Notes under the pieces: model-generated
Databases searched by the model: none
Told to the model about the DNA's origin: nothing
What the model saw: only the letters and a program-made list of their open reading frames with translations
Assembly (NCBI GenBank): GCA_965284535.1
Contig: OZ260090.1
Location: 1,577,916-1,641,915 of the forward strand
Direction of reading: 5' to 3'
Source of the DNA: Caulobacteraceae bacterium
GTDB taxonomy: Bacteria; Pseudomonadota; Alphaproteobacteria; Caulobacterales; Caulobacteraceae
Length of the DNA stretch: 64,000 nt
Shown here: in pieces, positions 9,485-18,848 of the stretch
Position numbering within the stretch: the stretch's first letter is position 1
Layout of the letters: every line of letters begins with the position of its first letter
Translations under genes and position numbers: made by a program

Positions 9485-9631
9485 GCCGCGAGCGACCGCG
9501 CCGCGCTCCCCCGATCAAGTCGGGGGATGACGATGAATCGCCCTCAGGCCGCGAGCGACCGCGTCGCGCTCCCCCGATCAAGTCGGGGGATGACGATGAA
9601 TCGCCCTCAGGCCGCGAGCGACCGCGTCGCG
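9485..9631. repeat. 63-bp tandem repeat, ~2.3 copies, with internal hairpin and GANTC site
   Basis: gccgcgagcgaccgcg starts at 9485, 9548 and 9611; each full unit has tcccccga-tcaag-tcggggga and gaatc. Confidence 0.92.
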
Positions 9632-9649
9632 AGCATAGGGCCAACCAGA

Positions 9650-10030
9650 ATTGAGCGAGGGGACGAAGATCCCCGGCGAACCGGTTTTCCTCGTCCCCTC
9701 GCCAAGTCCGGGTTGGACTTGGCCATTGAGGTTCAGAACCCTGGCTTCGGCATCAGCGAGGCGAACCCCGGTGATGGTCAGCTGTATCCTGTCGCGCTCC
9801 TGGTCTCCGGCGTTCCACGAGGTCGAGCCTCGCGCCGTCCATCGATCCCGATCCGGTTCCCTCCGGTCTTCTCCGGCCGAAGCCTTTGAAGGGTCCCTTG
9901 GGCCTTGATCCTGTCTCCCGTCCGTTAAGGTCGAAACCCCCCGGTGCGTTCGATCAGAGAGCCGGGCCGGTCCGCTTTGAGCCCCGGGTCTCCCCGGTTT
10001 TCCGCGCCGCCGTGTCCCTCGGCCTGATCA
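9650..10030 (-). ncRNA. Candidate large structured RNA or cis-regulatory leader (unassigned family)
   Basis: At least seven hairpins; four UUCG loops and one GAGA loop read on the minus strand, with G-U pairs valid only on that strand; no credible ORF. Confidence 0.6.
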
Positions 10031-10236
10031 AGCTCGCTCCGATCCGCGGATGTGGCAAGCGGTCCGGAATGACCGGCTGTGGATGTGCTTGGGGATAAAT
10101 CATGCAGGACGCGAAAGGGATTGTGATGATCTTCGAATTTTCTTCGATGGGTGAGGGGGTTGCGACTTCTGCACAGACTCGCGAAAAGGGCCCGGAATTC
10201 GTGGCGACCGGACCGTTCCTGAGCGTTTGAACGGGG

Positions 10237-11226
10237 TCAGACGGCGTCGAGGGCGGCCAGTCGGTGTTCGAGCCAGTCCCGGATTTCGGTCAGGCACCGG
10301 GTCGCAAGGGGGCCGCCGAAATGGATGAAGCCGTGTGGAGCCAGCGGCACCTCAAGCAGGTCTGCGTCGGCGGTCCAGGCCGCGGCCATCAGCCGACTGT
10401 CGTCACGCAGCGGATCGAGTTCGCCGGCGATGAACAGGGCGGGCGGCAGGTCGCGCAGGTCGGCGTAGAGGGGTGAGATGTCAGGGCTGCGGCGTCCGGT
10501 CTCGTCGCGGTCGGGGGTCAGGCGGCCCAGGTCCGAGGCGAGGGTCAGGCCATTGAGGATCAGGGTGTCGGGTCCGGCGGCGCGCGCTGAAGGGCTGCCC
10601 GACAGATCATAGACGCCATAGACCAGCACACAGCCGCGAAAGGCACCGAGACGGCCCTCGTCGCGCAGGGCCAGTCCGGTCAGGGTGGCGAGGTGGGCAC
10701 CCGCTGACTGGCCCGCGAGGAACAGCCGGTCCGTGCCGAAGCGGGCGACAGCGTTTTCGGCCAGCCAGCGGCCGGCGGCCATGCAATCGGACAGGGCATG
10801 TTCCATCAGCACGCCCCGCGGCTCGCTGAGCAGGCGGTAGTCGACAGAGACCACCGCCAGCCCCGCCCCGGCGGCCAGATCGGCGTTGAGGTGGTCGTTC
10901 AGGCCCGCGCTGCCGACGACCCAGCCGCCGCCATGGATGTCGAGAATGACGCCACGCGCCGGGCCGGGTGGATTGAGGATGCGGATGGAAACGTCGCCGT
11001 CTTCCGACGGGATGCGCAGGGTCTCGACCCGCACGCCGCGGCGGGACAGCTGGGCGGCGGTGACCCGTTCGGCGACGCGGCCGAACCGGCTGCTGAGCCA
11101 TTGCCCCGCCGTCAGTCGCCAGCCGTCGGCCTTGAGGCGCGGGATCAGGGCGAGTGCGGCGTTGGTCCGCTCGGCGGTGCGGCGCTCGGTGGGGGTCAGG
11201 TCCAGTCGGCGAACGCGAACGGTCAT
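10237..11226 (-). CDS. Alpha/beta hydrolase (HSL-like esterase)
   Basis: HGGGW oxyanion motif, GQSAG nucleophile, DPLRDD, HGF. Confidence 0.92.
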   Translation of the reverse strand: MTVRVRRLDLTPTERRTAERTNAALALIPRLKADGWRLTAGQWLSSRFGRVAERVTAAQLSRRGVRVETLRIPSEDGDVSIRILNPPGPARGVILDIHGGGWVVGSAGLNDHLNADLAAGAGLAVVSVDYRLLSEPRGVLMEHALSDCMAAGRWLAENAVARFGTDRLFLAGQSAGAHLATLTGLALRDEGRLGAFRGCVLVYGVYDLSGSPSARAAGPDTLILNGLTLASDLGRLTPDRDETGRRSPDISPLYADLRDLPPALFIAGELDPLRDDSRLMAAAWTADADLLEVPLAPHGFIHFGGPLATRCLTEIRDWLEHRLAALDAV

Positions 11227-11269
11227 TGAGAGATGCTAGACCGGTGACCGGCGCGCGACCATGCGGCGA

Positions 11270-13093
11270 TCAGGCGCTGCTCAGCGCTTCCCGCTTTGCC
11301 TCCAGCTCCAGCCATTCCTCCTCCGCCGCCGCCAGCAGGGCGCGGGCGCGGTCGGCGTTGGCGGAGGCCTTGTCGAAGGCCTTGCGGTCGCGGGTATAGA
11401 GGTCCGGGTCCGAGAGGGTCGCGTCGTGGCGGGCGATGTCGATGGGAAGGGTCTCGAGCAGGCCTTCCAGTTCCTTCAGGCGGTGGGCGTCCTTGAAGGT
11501 CAGCTTCTTCGGGGTCGAGGGCCGAGGGGCGAGGGGTGCCGCGGGAGCCCCGGTCGATGCCTTCTTCCACTCGTCCCGCGTCCCTCGTCCCTCGCCGCGG
11601 GTGAGGAATCCCGGGTTCTGGCGGATGAAATCGGTCCAGCCGCCGGGGGTTTCGACGATGTCGCCGCGGCCGTTCATGGCGATGGTCGAGGTGGCCAGAC
11701 GGTCGACGAAGTCGCGGTCGTGGCTGACCAGAATGAGGGTGCCGTCATAGGTCTCGAGCAGCTCTTCCAATTTGTCGAGGGTGTCCATGTCGAGGTCGTT
11801 GGTCGGCTCGTCGAGAACCAGCATGTTCGCGGGCTTGGCCAGGGCGCGGGCCAGCAGAAGGCGGTTGCGCTCTCCGCCGGACAGGGTCGAGATCGGCTGG
11901 CGCAGCTGGCCCTCCTGGAACAGGAAGTCCTTGGCGTAGGCGGCCACGTGTTTGGAGACGCCACGCACCAGCACGCTGTCGCCGCCGCCGGGGGTCAGGG
12001 CGTCCCACAGGGTCATGTCGCTGCGCAGGCCCTCACGCGACTGGTCGAGGTAGACCGGCTCGAGGTTGGCTCCCAGCTTGACCGATCCGGCATCCGGGGC
12101 GAGTTCGCCGAGCAGGATCTTGACCAGGGTGGTCTTGCCCGCGCCATTGGGGCCGACGATGGCCAGCCGATCGCCGCGGATGACGCGGGTGGTGAAGGGT
12201 TTGATGACGGCGCGGTCGCCGAAGGTCTTGGAGATCCCCTTGAGGTCCGCGACCAGCTTGCCGGAGGTCGCCCCGGAGTCGACGCCGAGGTTCAGTTCGC
12301 GCGGGACGTCCTTGAGGCGTTCAGCCCGGTCGGCGCGCAGGGCGTCCAGCGAGCGGGCGCGGCCTTCGTTGCGGGTGCGGCGGGCGGTGATGGAGCGGTA
12401 GAAGGTCTCGGTCTCGCGCTCGATGGTCTTGCTCAGCCGCTGAAGGGACTGGGCTTCCTCCTCCTGAACCTTGGTGGACCATTCGTCGAAGGCGGCGAAG
12501 CCCTTGTTCAGGGTGCGGACGCGGCGGCCTTCGAGCCAGTGGCAGGACTGGGTGACGCGGTTCAGGAAGGCACGGTCGTGGCTGACCACCAGCACGGCGA
12601 ACCGGGCCTGAAGCAGTTCGTCCTCGAGCAGTTCGATGGCCAGGATATCGAGGTGGTTGGTCGGCTCGTCGAGCAGGAGCAGGTCGGGCTCTTCGGCGAA
12701 GGCCTTGGCCAGGGCGGCGCGACGGATTTCACCGCCGGAAAGGTTGACGGCGGGCTTGGCCGCGTCGAGGCTGAAGGTGGTCAGCCAGGCCTCGGCGGTC
12801 CAGTGGTCGGCCCCGCCCGATTCCGCGTAGTCGAGCAGGGTCTCGCCGGTGATGACGGGCTCCTGTGGCACATAGGCGAAGCGGGTGCCGGCCTGGACGG
12901 ACCGGTCGCCGGCGTCGGGCTCGATGAGGCCCATGACCATCTTCATAAGGGTCGATTTTCCGGCCCCGTTGCGGCCGACGAGGGCGGCGCGGGTGCGCGG
13001 CTCGACAGCGATGTCGACCCCGTCGAACAGCGGACGCTGGCCGTCCTGCAGGCGGACATTCTTCAGGGCGACGAGGGGAGGACGGGGGGCCAT
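11270..13093 (-). CDS. uup: ABC-F family ATPase (Uup-like)
   Basis: Two ABC domains (GRNGAGKST, LSGGE, DEPTNHLD; GPNGAGKTT, LSGGERNR, DEPTNDLD) and a C-terminal coiled coil; start MAPRPP. Confidence 0.88.
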   Translation of the reverse strand: MAPRPPLVALKNVRLQDGQRPLFDGVDIAVEPRTRAALVGRNGAGKSTLMKMVMGLIEPDAGDRSVQAGTRFAYVPQEPVITGETLLDYAESGGADHWTAEAWLTTFSLDAAKPAVNLSGGEIRRAALAKAFAEEPDLLLLDEPTNHLDILAIELLEDELLQARFAVLVVSHDRAFLNRVTQSCHWLEGRRVRTLNKGFAAFDEWSTKVQEEEAQSLQRLSKTIERETETFYRSITARRTRNEGRARSLDALRADRAERLKDVPRELNLGVDSGATSGKLVADLKGISKTFGDRAVIKPFTTRVIRGDRLAIVGPNGAGKTTLVKILLGELAPDAGSVKLGANLEPVYLDQSREGLRSDMTLWDALTPGGGDSVLVRGVSKHVAAYAKDFLFQEGQLRQPISTLSGGERNRLLLARALAKPANMLVLDEPTNDLDMDTLDKLEELLETYDGTLILVSHDRDFVDRLATSTIAMNGRGDIVETPGGWTDFIRQNPGFLTRGEGRGTRDEWKKASTGAPAAPLAPRPSTPKKLTFKDAHRLKELEGLLETLPIDIARHDATLSDPDLYTRDRKAFDKASANADRARALLAAAEEEWLELEAKREALSSA

Positions 13094-13251
13094 GGAAACC
13101 TTGTGGACGCCGCGCGCGGGGCTTTGGTTATCGGGGAGGCCGCGCGGTCGAAGGCGGCCATATAGTCGGTGCGCGGCGCTGTGACCACCGGCTGTGCCTG
13201 ATACGGCCAAAGGGCGGCGACAGGCCGCGCCGATGCGGGTAAAGCCCGCCC

Positions 13252-13710
13252 ATGGATCGGCCCTTCTGGCAAACAAAGCGTCTGGAGCAGATGACCCGCG
13301 AGGAGTGGGAGAGTCTGTGTGACGGCTGTGGGCTGTGCTGTCTGGTGCGGTTCGAGGATGAGAATACCGGCGAGGTGGTGCCGACGCGGGTGCACTGCAA
13401 ACTGTTCGACAGCGCCCGCTGCACCTGCACCGACTACGCCAACCGCCGCGAGCAGGTGCCGGACTGCATCAAGCTGACACCATGGAATATCGAGCAGCTG
13501 GCGTGGATGCCGAAGTCGTGCGGCTATCGGCGGGTGCATGAGGGTCGGGGACTGGCCGACTGGCATCCGCTGATCTCGGGCGATCCGGAGAGTGTGCATG
13601 CGGCCGGGGTTTCGGTCCGGGGGCAGACGGTGTCGGAACTGGCGCTGGCGCAGGCTGAGGACGCGCTCGACTTCGAGGCACCGGAGTGGAACCTGGAGCG
13701 GGGTGGTTGA
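13252..13710 (+). CDS. ycgN: YcgN family cysteine-cluster protein (UPF0260)
   Basis: EWESLCDGCGLCCL, CTDYANRREQVPDCIKLTP, WMPKSCGYR, WHPLISG. Confidence 0.92.
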   Translation: MDRPFWQTKRLEQMTREEWESLCDGCGLCCLVRFEDENTGEVVPTRVHCKLFDSARCTCTDYANRREQVPDCIKLTPWNIEQLAWMPKSCGYRRVHEGRGLADWHPLISGDPESVHAAGVSVRGQTVSELALAQAEDALDFEAPEWNLERGG

Positions 13711-13784
13711 TGGCACCGGGCCGGTAACCATTAATTCGTCAGACTGTGACCTTCTGCCACCGGAATCCAGGACGAGGCGGCAGC

Positions 13785-16700
13785 GTGAACAAACAAGATA
13801 GTTTGGGGCTCGAAACTCCGTTCGACCACCTGACCGCCCTGCTGTGCGGTCAGTTCGACGTTCCGTTCGGGCTGGTCTCGTTCGTTCATGGCGATCACGC
13901 GGTCTTTCGTTCGGAAGTGGGTCTGGGAGAGAGCGCCCTGCCTCGCGAGGTCAGCGTCAGCAACATCCTGGTCGGCATGGGATCGGGCGCGCATCTGGTG
14001 ATCGAGGACGCCCAGGCTCACCCGGTGCTGAAGGACCACCCGATGGTCGCCGGAAAGCCATTCCTGCGGTTCTTTGCCGGCGCGACGGTCAGCAACGGCA
14101 AGGGCGAGCCCGTGGGCGCGGTCGGCATCATGGATTCGAGGCCGCGGCCGGCCCTTACGGCCTCTGAATTGGCGACGCTCGACCATATCGCCGCAATCGC
14201 CGGAAGCATGTTCGACCAGACGACGGCCCAGCGGCTCCAGGCCGAGCGTCTGGCCCTGTTGAAGCTGGCAGAACAGATGTCCGGCGTCGGCCACTGGCGG
14301 TTTGATGTGCTCTCGGGTGAAGTCACCTGGTCCGACGAGGTCTATCGAATTCACGGCTTTGAGCCGGGCGCGATCGTACCCGACTACGAGTTGGTCCTGG
14401 CCGGCTATCACCCGGATGATGCCGAGGTGCTTGCAAGCGCGGTGTCACAGGCGATCGCAACGGGCGCGGGCTACGAATTCCGGTTGAGAATCCAGCCACC
14501 CGGCCGCGAAGAACGTCTCGTCGAGACCAAGGCCACCACGGAACAGGACGAGACCGGGCGGACCGTGGCGCTGTTCGGCGTGTTCCAGGACGTAACCGAA
14601 GCCGTCCGATCACAGGAGCGTCTGGCGGAAAGCGAGAGCCTGTTCCGGCTGCTGAACGAAACGGCGACCGACATCGTCGCCCGCTTCGATACCAAGGGAC
14701 GGTTCCTGTATGTGTCGCCGGCGGTGAAGGCGCTACTGGGACGCGACCCGGCAGACATGCTGGGCAAGGATTGTTCGGGGTTCATTCCGGAAGACGATCT
14801 GAAAGTCATCCGGGCGACTCTGCGGGCCTATGTCGAGGCCGGGCCCTGCGCGCCGCCCCCGCGGTACGAATACCGCGCCATCAGGACGGACGGCAGTGTC
14901 GTATGGCTCGAGGCCATGCCGAGGGCGGTTCGCGACGCCTCGGGCGCGGTCGTCGAGTTTCACGACCACGTTCGCGATATCACGGCCCGCAAGACCGCCG
15001 AGCGTGAGCAGGCCGAGCTCGTTGAGACTCTGAAACTGGCTGAGACGATTGCGGGCGTCGGGCATTGGCAGCTGGATGTGGCGACGGGGAAGGTCTGCTG
15101 GTCCGATGAGGTCTATCGGATCCACGGCGTCTCACCCGAAGCCTTTGACCCCCAATATGACGATGCGGTGGGCTTCTACCATCCCGAGGACCAGACCAAG
15201 GTCCGCGAATGGGTGGCGCGGGCGATCGAGGTGGGCGAGGCCAGCCAGTCCCGGCTTCGTCTGATCAGGACCGACGGCGAAGAGCGGATCGTCGTCTCCC
15301 ACTGCAAGCCGGAGCGCGATCAGCGAGGCGCAACGGTCGGCCTGTTCGGCGTGTTCCAGGACGTCACCGAAAGCGTCCGCGCCCACGACCGGACTGCGGC
15401 CAGCGAGGCCCGCTACCGGCTGCTGGCCGACAATGCGACGGACATCATCGCCACCTATGGGTTGGACGGGGTGTTCGAATACGTCTCTCCGTCGATCGAG
15501 GGGGCGATGGGCTACCGGCCCGAGGAGTTGGTGGGCCGGTCCTTCTGGCAGTTCATGCATCCGGACGATGTGGAGGGCCTGAGGGCCGCATTTGCAGCCT
15601 ACCTCAAGGCAGGACCGGGCGCGTCGTCGCCGCGCGTTCCCTATCGGGGCGTGCGCAAGGACGGTCAGGCGGTCTGGCTGGAAGCGCATCCGATGGTCAT
15701 CCGGGACACCAGTGGGCGGCCGGTCGGGTTCCAGGATGTGGTCCGGGACGTGACGGAAACCAAGGCCCTGGAGGACCAGCTGATTGCCGCCCGCGACGTG
15801 GCTGAGGCGGGGGCGCAGGCGAAGTCGGAGTTCCTGGCCAATATGAGCCATGAGCTGAGGACGCCGCTGACCAGCGTGATCGGCTTCTCCGGCCTGCTGC
15901 AGGCGAGCCGCAATCTGCCCGAGGCCGAGCGCAAATATGCCGACCGGATCGCGACGGGGAGCGAGGCGCTGTTGAGCGTCATCAACGACATCCTCGACTA
16001 TTCCAAGCTGGAGGCCGATGCGGTCGATCTGGACCCGCAGGCGTTTGACCCGCGCGCCATGGCAGGCGAGGCCGTCGGCATTATGGAAAGCCAATGCCAG
16101 GCCAAGGGGTTGGTGCTGGAGACCGTGATCGACCCCGGCCTGCCCGAAGCCCTCATGGGGGATGAGGGGCGGCTTCGGCAGGTCACGCTGAACTTCCTGT
16201 CCAATGCGGCGAAATTCACCACCACCGGGACCGTGCGTCTGGAACTGACCGTGGCCGGCGACCGGCTTCGACTCGCGGTGACCGACAGCGGCATCGGCAT
16301 CGCGCCGGACAAGATAGAGGCCCTGTTCGACCGTTTCACCCAGGCCGACGCCTCGACCACGCGCGTCTATGGCGGCACCGGGCTAGGGCTGGCGATCTCG
16401 CGTCGCCTGATCGAGATGATGGGCGGCGAGATCGGGGCGGACAGCCGGCCCGGCGAGGGCTCGACCTTCTGGTTCGAGGTCCCGATGCGCGAGGCCGTCG
16501 AAGGCGTGGAGGCCGCGGGTGAGGGCGATCTTGCGGTGGACGCCGGTCTGAAGATCCTGATGGCTGACGACGCGGCTCCGAACCGGGAATTGGTGACGGC
16601 GATCCTGGGCGGACTGGGGCTGGAGCTCGACACGGTGTGCAACGGGGCCGAGGCGGTCGAAGCCGCGCGCACAGGCGCCTACGACCTGATCCTGATGGAC

Positions 16701-16964
16701 GTGCATATGCCGGTCATGGACGGGCTGGACGCGACACGGGCGATCCGCGCCATGACGGGTGCGGTCGGGCGGACGCCGATCATCGCCCTGACGGCCAATG
16801 TCCAGCCGGAACAGGTCCTGCGATGCCGGGAAGCCGGGATGGACGCCCACGTCGGCAAGCCGATCCAGATCCCCGAACTGCTGGCGGCCCTGGCCATGGC
16901 CACGACGCCGACCGGTGCCGGGGACGAAGCGACCGTGGAACCGCTGCTTCACGCCGAGGGGTAG
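13785..16964 (+). CDS. Soluble hybrid histidine kinase: GAF, four PAS, HisKA, HATPase, REC
   Basis: LRFFAGA GAF; two GVGHW...[13 protein letters not shown] modules; [13 protein letters not shown]; GGTGLGL; [12 protein letters not shown]. Confidence 0.95.
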   Translation: MNKQDSLGLETPFDHLTALLCGQFDVPFGLVSFVHGDHAVFRSEVGLGESALPREVSVSNILVGMGSGAHLVIEDAQAHPVLKDHPMVAGKPFLRFFAGATVSNGKGEPVGAVGIMDSRPRPALTASELATLDHIAAIAGSMFDQTTAQRLQAERLALLKLAEQMSGVGHWRFDVLSGEVTWSDEVYRIHGFEPGAIVPDYELVLAGYHPDDAEVLASAVSQAIATGAGYEFRLRIQPPGREERLVETKATTEQDETGRTVALFGVFQDVTEAVRSQERLAESESLFRLLNETATDIVARFDTKGRFLYVSPAVKALLGRDPADMLGKDCSGFIPEDDLKVIRATLRAYVEAGPCAPPPRYEYRAIRTDGSVVWLEAMPRAVRDASGAVVEFHDHVRDITARKTAEREQAELVETLKLAETIAGVGHWQLDVATGKVCWSDEVYRIHGVSPEAFDPQYDDAVGFYHPEDQTKVREWVARAIEVGEASQSRLRLIRTDGEERIVVSHCKPERDQRGATVGLFGVFQDVTESVRAHDRTAASEARYRLLADNATDIIATYGLDGVFEYVSPSIEGAMGYRPEELVGRSFWQFMHPDDVEGLRAAFAAYLKAGPGASSPRVPYRGVRKDGQAVWLEAHPMVIRDTSGRPVGFQDVVRDVTETKALEDQLIAARDVAEAGAQAKSEFLANMSHELRTPLTSVIGFSGLLQASRNLPEAERKYADRIATGSEALLSVINDILDYSKLEADAVDLDPQAFDPRAMAGEAVGIMESQCQAKGLVLETVIDPGLPEALMGDEGRLRQVTLNFLSNAAKFTTTGTVRLELTVAGDRLRLAVTDSGIGIAPDKIEALFDRFTQADASTTRVYGGTGLGLAISRRLIEMMGGEIGADSRPGEGSTFWFEVPMREAVEGVEAAGEGDLAVDAGLKILMADDAAPNRELVTAILGGLGLELDTVCNGAEAVEAARTGAYDLILMDVHMPVMDGLDATRAIRAMTGAVGRTPIIALTANVQPEQVLRCREAGMDAHVGKPIQIPELLAALAMATTPTGAGDEATVEPLLHAEG

Positions 16965-17043
16965 CCGCTGGCCCCTGCGGGCCGTGACGCTGTGCTGGCA
17001 ATCGGTGAATCTATAGTCGGGTTCACGCGATAAGATCGCCTGA

Positions 17044-17056
17044 AATCAAAAGCTTG
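17044..17056 (+). promoter_or_regulatory. IHF binding site upstream of the GTA cluster
   Basis: aatcaa-aagc-ttg is an exact match to WATCAA-N4-TTR in an AT-rich patch. Confidence 0.75.
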
Positions 17057-17112
17057 TACTTTTGTATCTGCGATTTGCCCTCCGAGGTACGCTGGTCGGC
17101 TACTCTTTGGGC

Positions 17113-17529
17113 ATGACGGGAAATCAGGACAAGGCGGCGCGGGCGGCGGCCCGGCTCGAGCAGATCTATGACCGGCTCGACCCCATGCTGGACAGAGCAA
17201 TGGTCGCGTTGGACGACAGTCCGCTCGAGTCCGGCGATACGCTCGCGGTGCAGCGATTTGTACGTGGCGTGGAACTGGTGGCGAGAGCCGCGCGAACCAT
17301 CGCGACACTGATCAATCCGCCGGGTCGAGGCCCGGGTGCCGCGCAAACAGAGGACGATATGGACAACGATGACCGCGACGACAGCCCCGAGGCGCTGGAC
17401 CGGCTTCGGGCCGAACTCGAGTCCCGTCTCGATGGCCTCCGGACCACGATCGAGGCAAAGCGCGTGGAAGGCTGGACTGTTGTCCGAGCAACTGCGCGAG
17501 GCGATCAAGAGCACGCCGAGGCTGCATAG
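17113..17529 (+). CDS. Putative GTA small terminase (g1 position)
   Basis: First gene of the cluster, helical, DDSPEALDRLRAELESRLDGL; overlaps the large terminase. Confidence 0.65.
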   Translation: MTGNQDKAARAAARLEQIYDRLDPMLDRAMVALDDSPLESGDTLAVQRFVRGVELVARAARTIATLINPPGRGPGAAQTEDDMDNDDRDDSPEALDRLRAELESRLDGLRTTIEAKRVEGWTVVRATARGDQEHAEAA

Positions 17530-18691
17530 CCATCAGGTAATTCCTGAAGTCGACTGGCGAACCTGGCTTGTGCTCGGGGGGCGCGGATCAGGAAAGACCC
17601 ATGCGGGGGCCAACTGGGTCACAGAACTGGCGCGGGCCAGGGGCCTGAGGATAGCCCTGGTCGGGCCGACCCTGCACGATGTGCGCGAGGTCATGGTCGA
17701 GGGGCCTTCGGGCCTGAAGAATTTTGGCGAGACGGGCAACCGCCCACGCTGGGATGGTGGCCGCAAACGGCTGGTCTGGCCCAGCGGAACCGAGGCCCAC
17801 GCCTTTTCCGCGGAGGATCCCGACAGTTTGCGCGGCCCCCAATTTCACCATGCATGGGCCGACGAGTTCTGTGCCTGGAGACGGCCCGAGGCCGTGCTGG
17901 AAAATCTGCGACTGGGACTGCGGCTGGGCGAGGACCCACGCCTCATGGTGACGACGACCCCTCGCCCCCTTCCAGCGCTGAGACGGCTGCTGACCCAGGA
18001 CGGCACCTGTATCGACCGGGCCGGGACGCAGGCCAATGCGGCCAATCTGTCGCCCGGATTTCTGGGCCATCTGCGGACGCTTTACGCCGGGACGCGGCTG
18101 GAGGCGCAGGAGCTGGAGGGGCTGGTGGTCGAGGCCGAGGGGGCCCTGTTCCGGGCCGAGGATCTGGCGCGGGCGCGCGGCAACCGGCCGGCAACGCTGG
18201 AGAGGATCGTGGTGGCGGTGGATCCGCCGGCGAGCGCGGGCGGGGATGCCTGTGGGATCGTGGTCGTCGGGCGCAGGGACGACCGGGCCTATGTACTGGC
18301 GGACCAGTCAGCAGGCGGGCTGTCGCCCCAGGGCTGGGCGACGCGAGTGGCTGAGGTCGCGCGCGAGTTCGGGGCGCTGGAGATCGTGGCCGAGAAGAAC
18401 CAGGGCGGGGAGATGGTGCGGACGGTGCTGGCGCATGGCGGCTGCGAGGTTCCGATCAGACTGGTGCACGCCAGCCGGGGCAAGGCGGCCCGGGCCGAGC
18501 CGGTGGCGGCGCTGTATGAACAGGGACGGGTCGTTCACTGTGGGGCGTTTCCGGCGCTGGAGGAGGAACTGATGGCGCTGGGAGCGGTCGATGTCGGCGG
18601 GCGCAGTCCCGACCGGGCGGATGCCCTGGTCTGGGCGGTGACGCATCTGCTGCCGGCGCCCAGGGCGGGGCCGAGCCTAAGGGTGTTGTGA
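17480..18691 (+). CDS. GTA large terminase (start uncertain; TTG 17480 proposed)
   Basis: WLVLGGRGSGKT Walker A, LRGPQFHHAWADEFCAW, VVAVDPP, SPDRADALVWA. Confidence 0.92.
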   Translation: MSEQLREAIKSTPRLHSHQVIPEVDWRTWLVLGGRGSGKTHAGANWVTELARARGLRIALVGPTLHDVREVMVEGPSGLKNFGETGNRPRWDGGRKRLVWPSGTEAHAFSAEDPDSLRGPQFHHAWADEFCAWRRPEAVLENLRLGLRLGEDPRLMVTTTPRPLPALRRLLTQDGTCIDRAGTQANAANLSPGFLGHLRTLYAGTRLEAQELEGLVVEAEGALFRAEDLARARGNRPATLERIVVAVDPPASAGGDACGIVVVGRRDDRAYVLADQSAGGLSPQGWATRVAEVAREFGALEIVAEKNQGGEMVRTVLAHGGCEVPIRLVHASRGKAARAEPVAALYEQGRVVHCGAFPALEEELMALGAVDVGGRSPDRADALVWAVTHLLPAPRAGPSLRVL

Positions 18692-18702
18692 AGCCGGGCG
18701 TA

Positions 18703-18848
18703 TCCCTCCCCCGAAGTGGGGAGGGACGGCGGAGCGAAGCGGAGCCCGGGTGGGGAACGACAGTCCCGCACTGACGGCTGCCGGCTTCGGAATTCCCCAC
18801 CCTGTCGTCGCTTCGCGCCGACATCCCTCCCCATGAAGGGGAGGGAGA
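18703..18848. repeat. Composite CIR-like element: two inverted family-A arms between terminase and portal
   Basis: tccctcccc-gaagt-ggggaggga...ggggtgggg / ccccaccc...tccctcccc-atgaa-ggggaggga. Confidence 0.8.

Noticed and set aside
9485-9631. CRISPR array
   Set aside because: Units are contiguous 63-bp near-identical repeats with no unique spacers, and no cas genes are in the window
9357-9644. 96-aa N-terminal extension of the substrate-binding protein given in the ORF track
   Set aside because: It is a translation of repeat DNA; the Tat/lipoprotein signal starts at ATG 9356
9356-9760. TPP riboswitch for the NMT1/THI5-like transporter
   Set aside because: The conserved GCUGAGA, CCUGA and GCGUAGGGA elements were not found on the minus strand
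9650-10030. RNase P, tmRNA or SRP RNA
   Set aside because: Lacks GAGGAAAGUCC/AGUGCCACAGAA, tRNA-like GGGGCCGA/CCA ends with a tag ORF, and the SRP GGAA-GCAGC core
10078-10098. Replication origin suggested by DnaA-box-like TGTGGATGT and TGGGGATAA
   Set aside because: Only two degenerate boxes, no CtrA box array and no hemE or dnaA context; at most a promoter element
11261-13165. 634-aa plus-strand ORF
   Set aside because: Antisense shadow of uup, typical of high-GC DNA; no motifs
13717-13737. Full CtrA box upstream of the hybrid kinase
   Set aside because: gtaaccattaa gives only a degenerate half site without the TTAA-N7-TTAA spacing
17023-17514. 163-aa minus-strand ORF over the GTA promoter
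   Set aside because: Antisense to the small terminase, no recognisable motif, overlaps the IHF site
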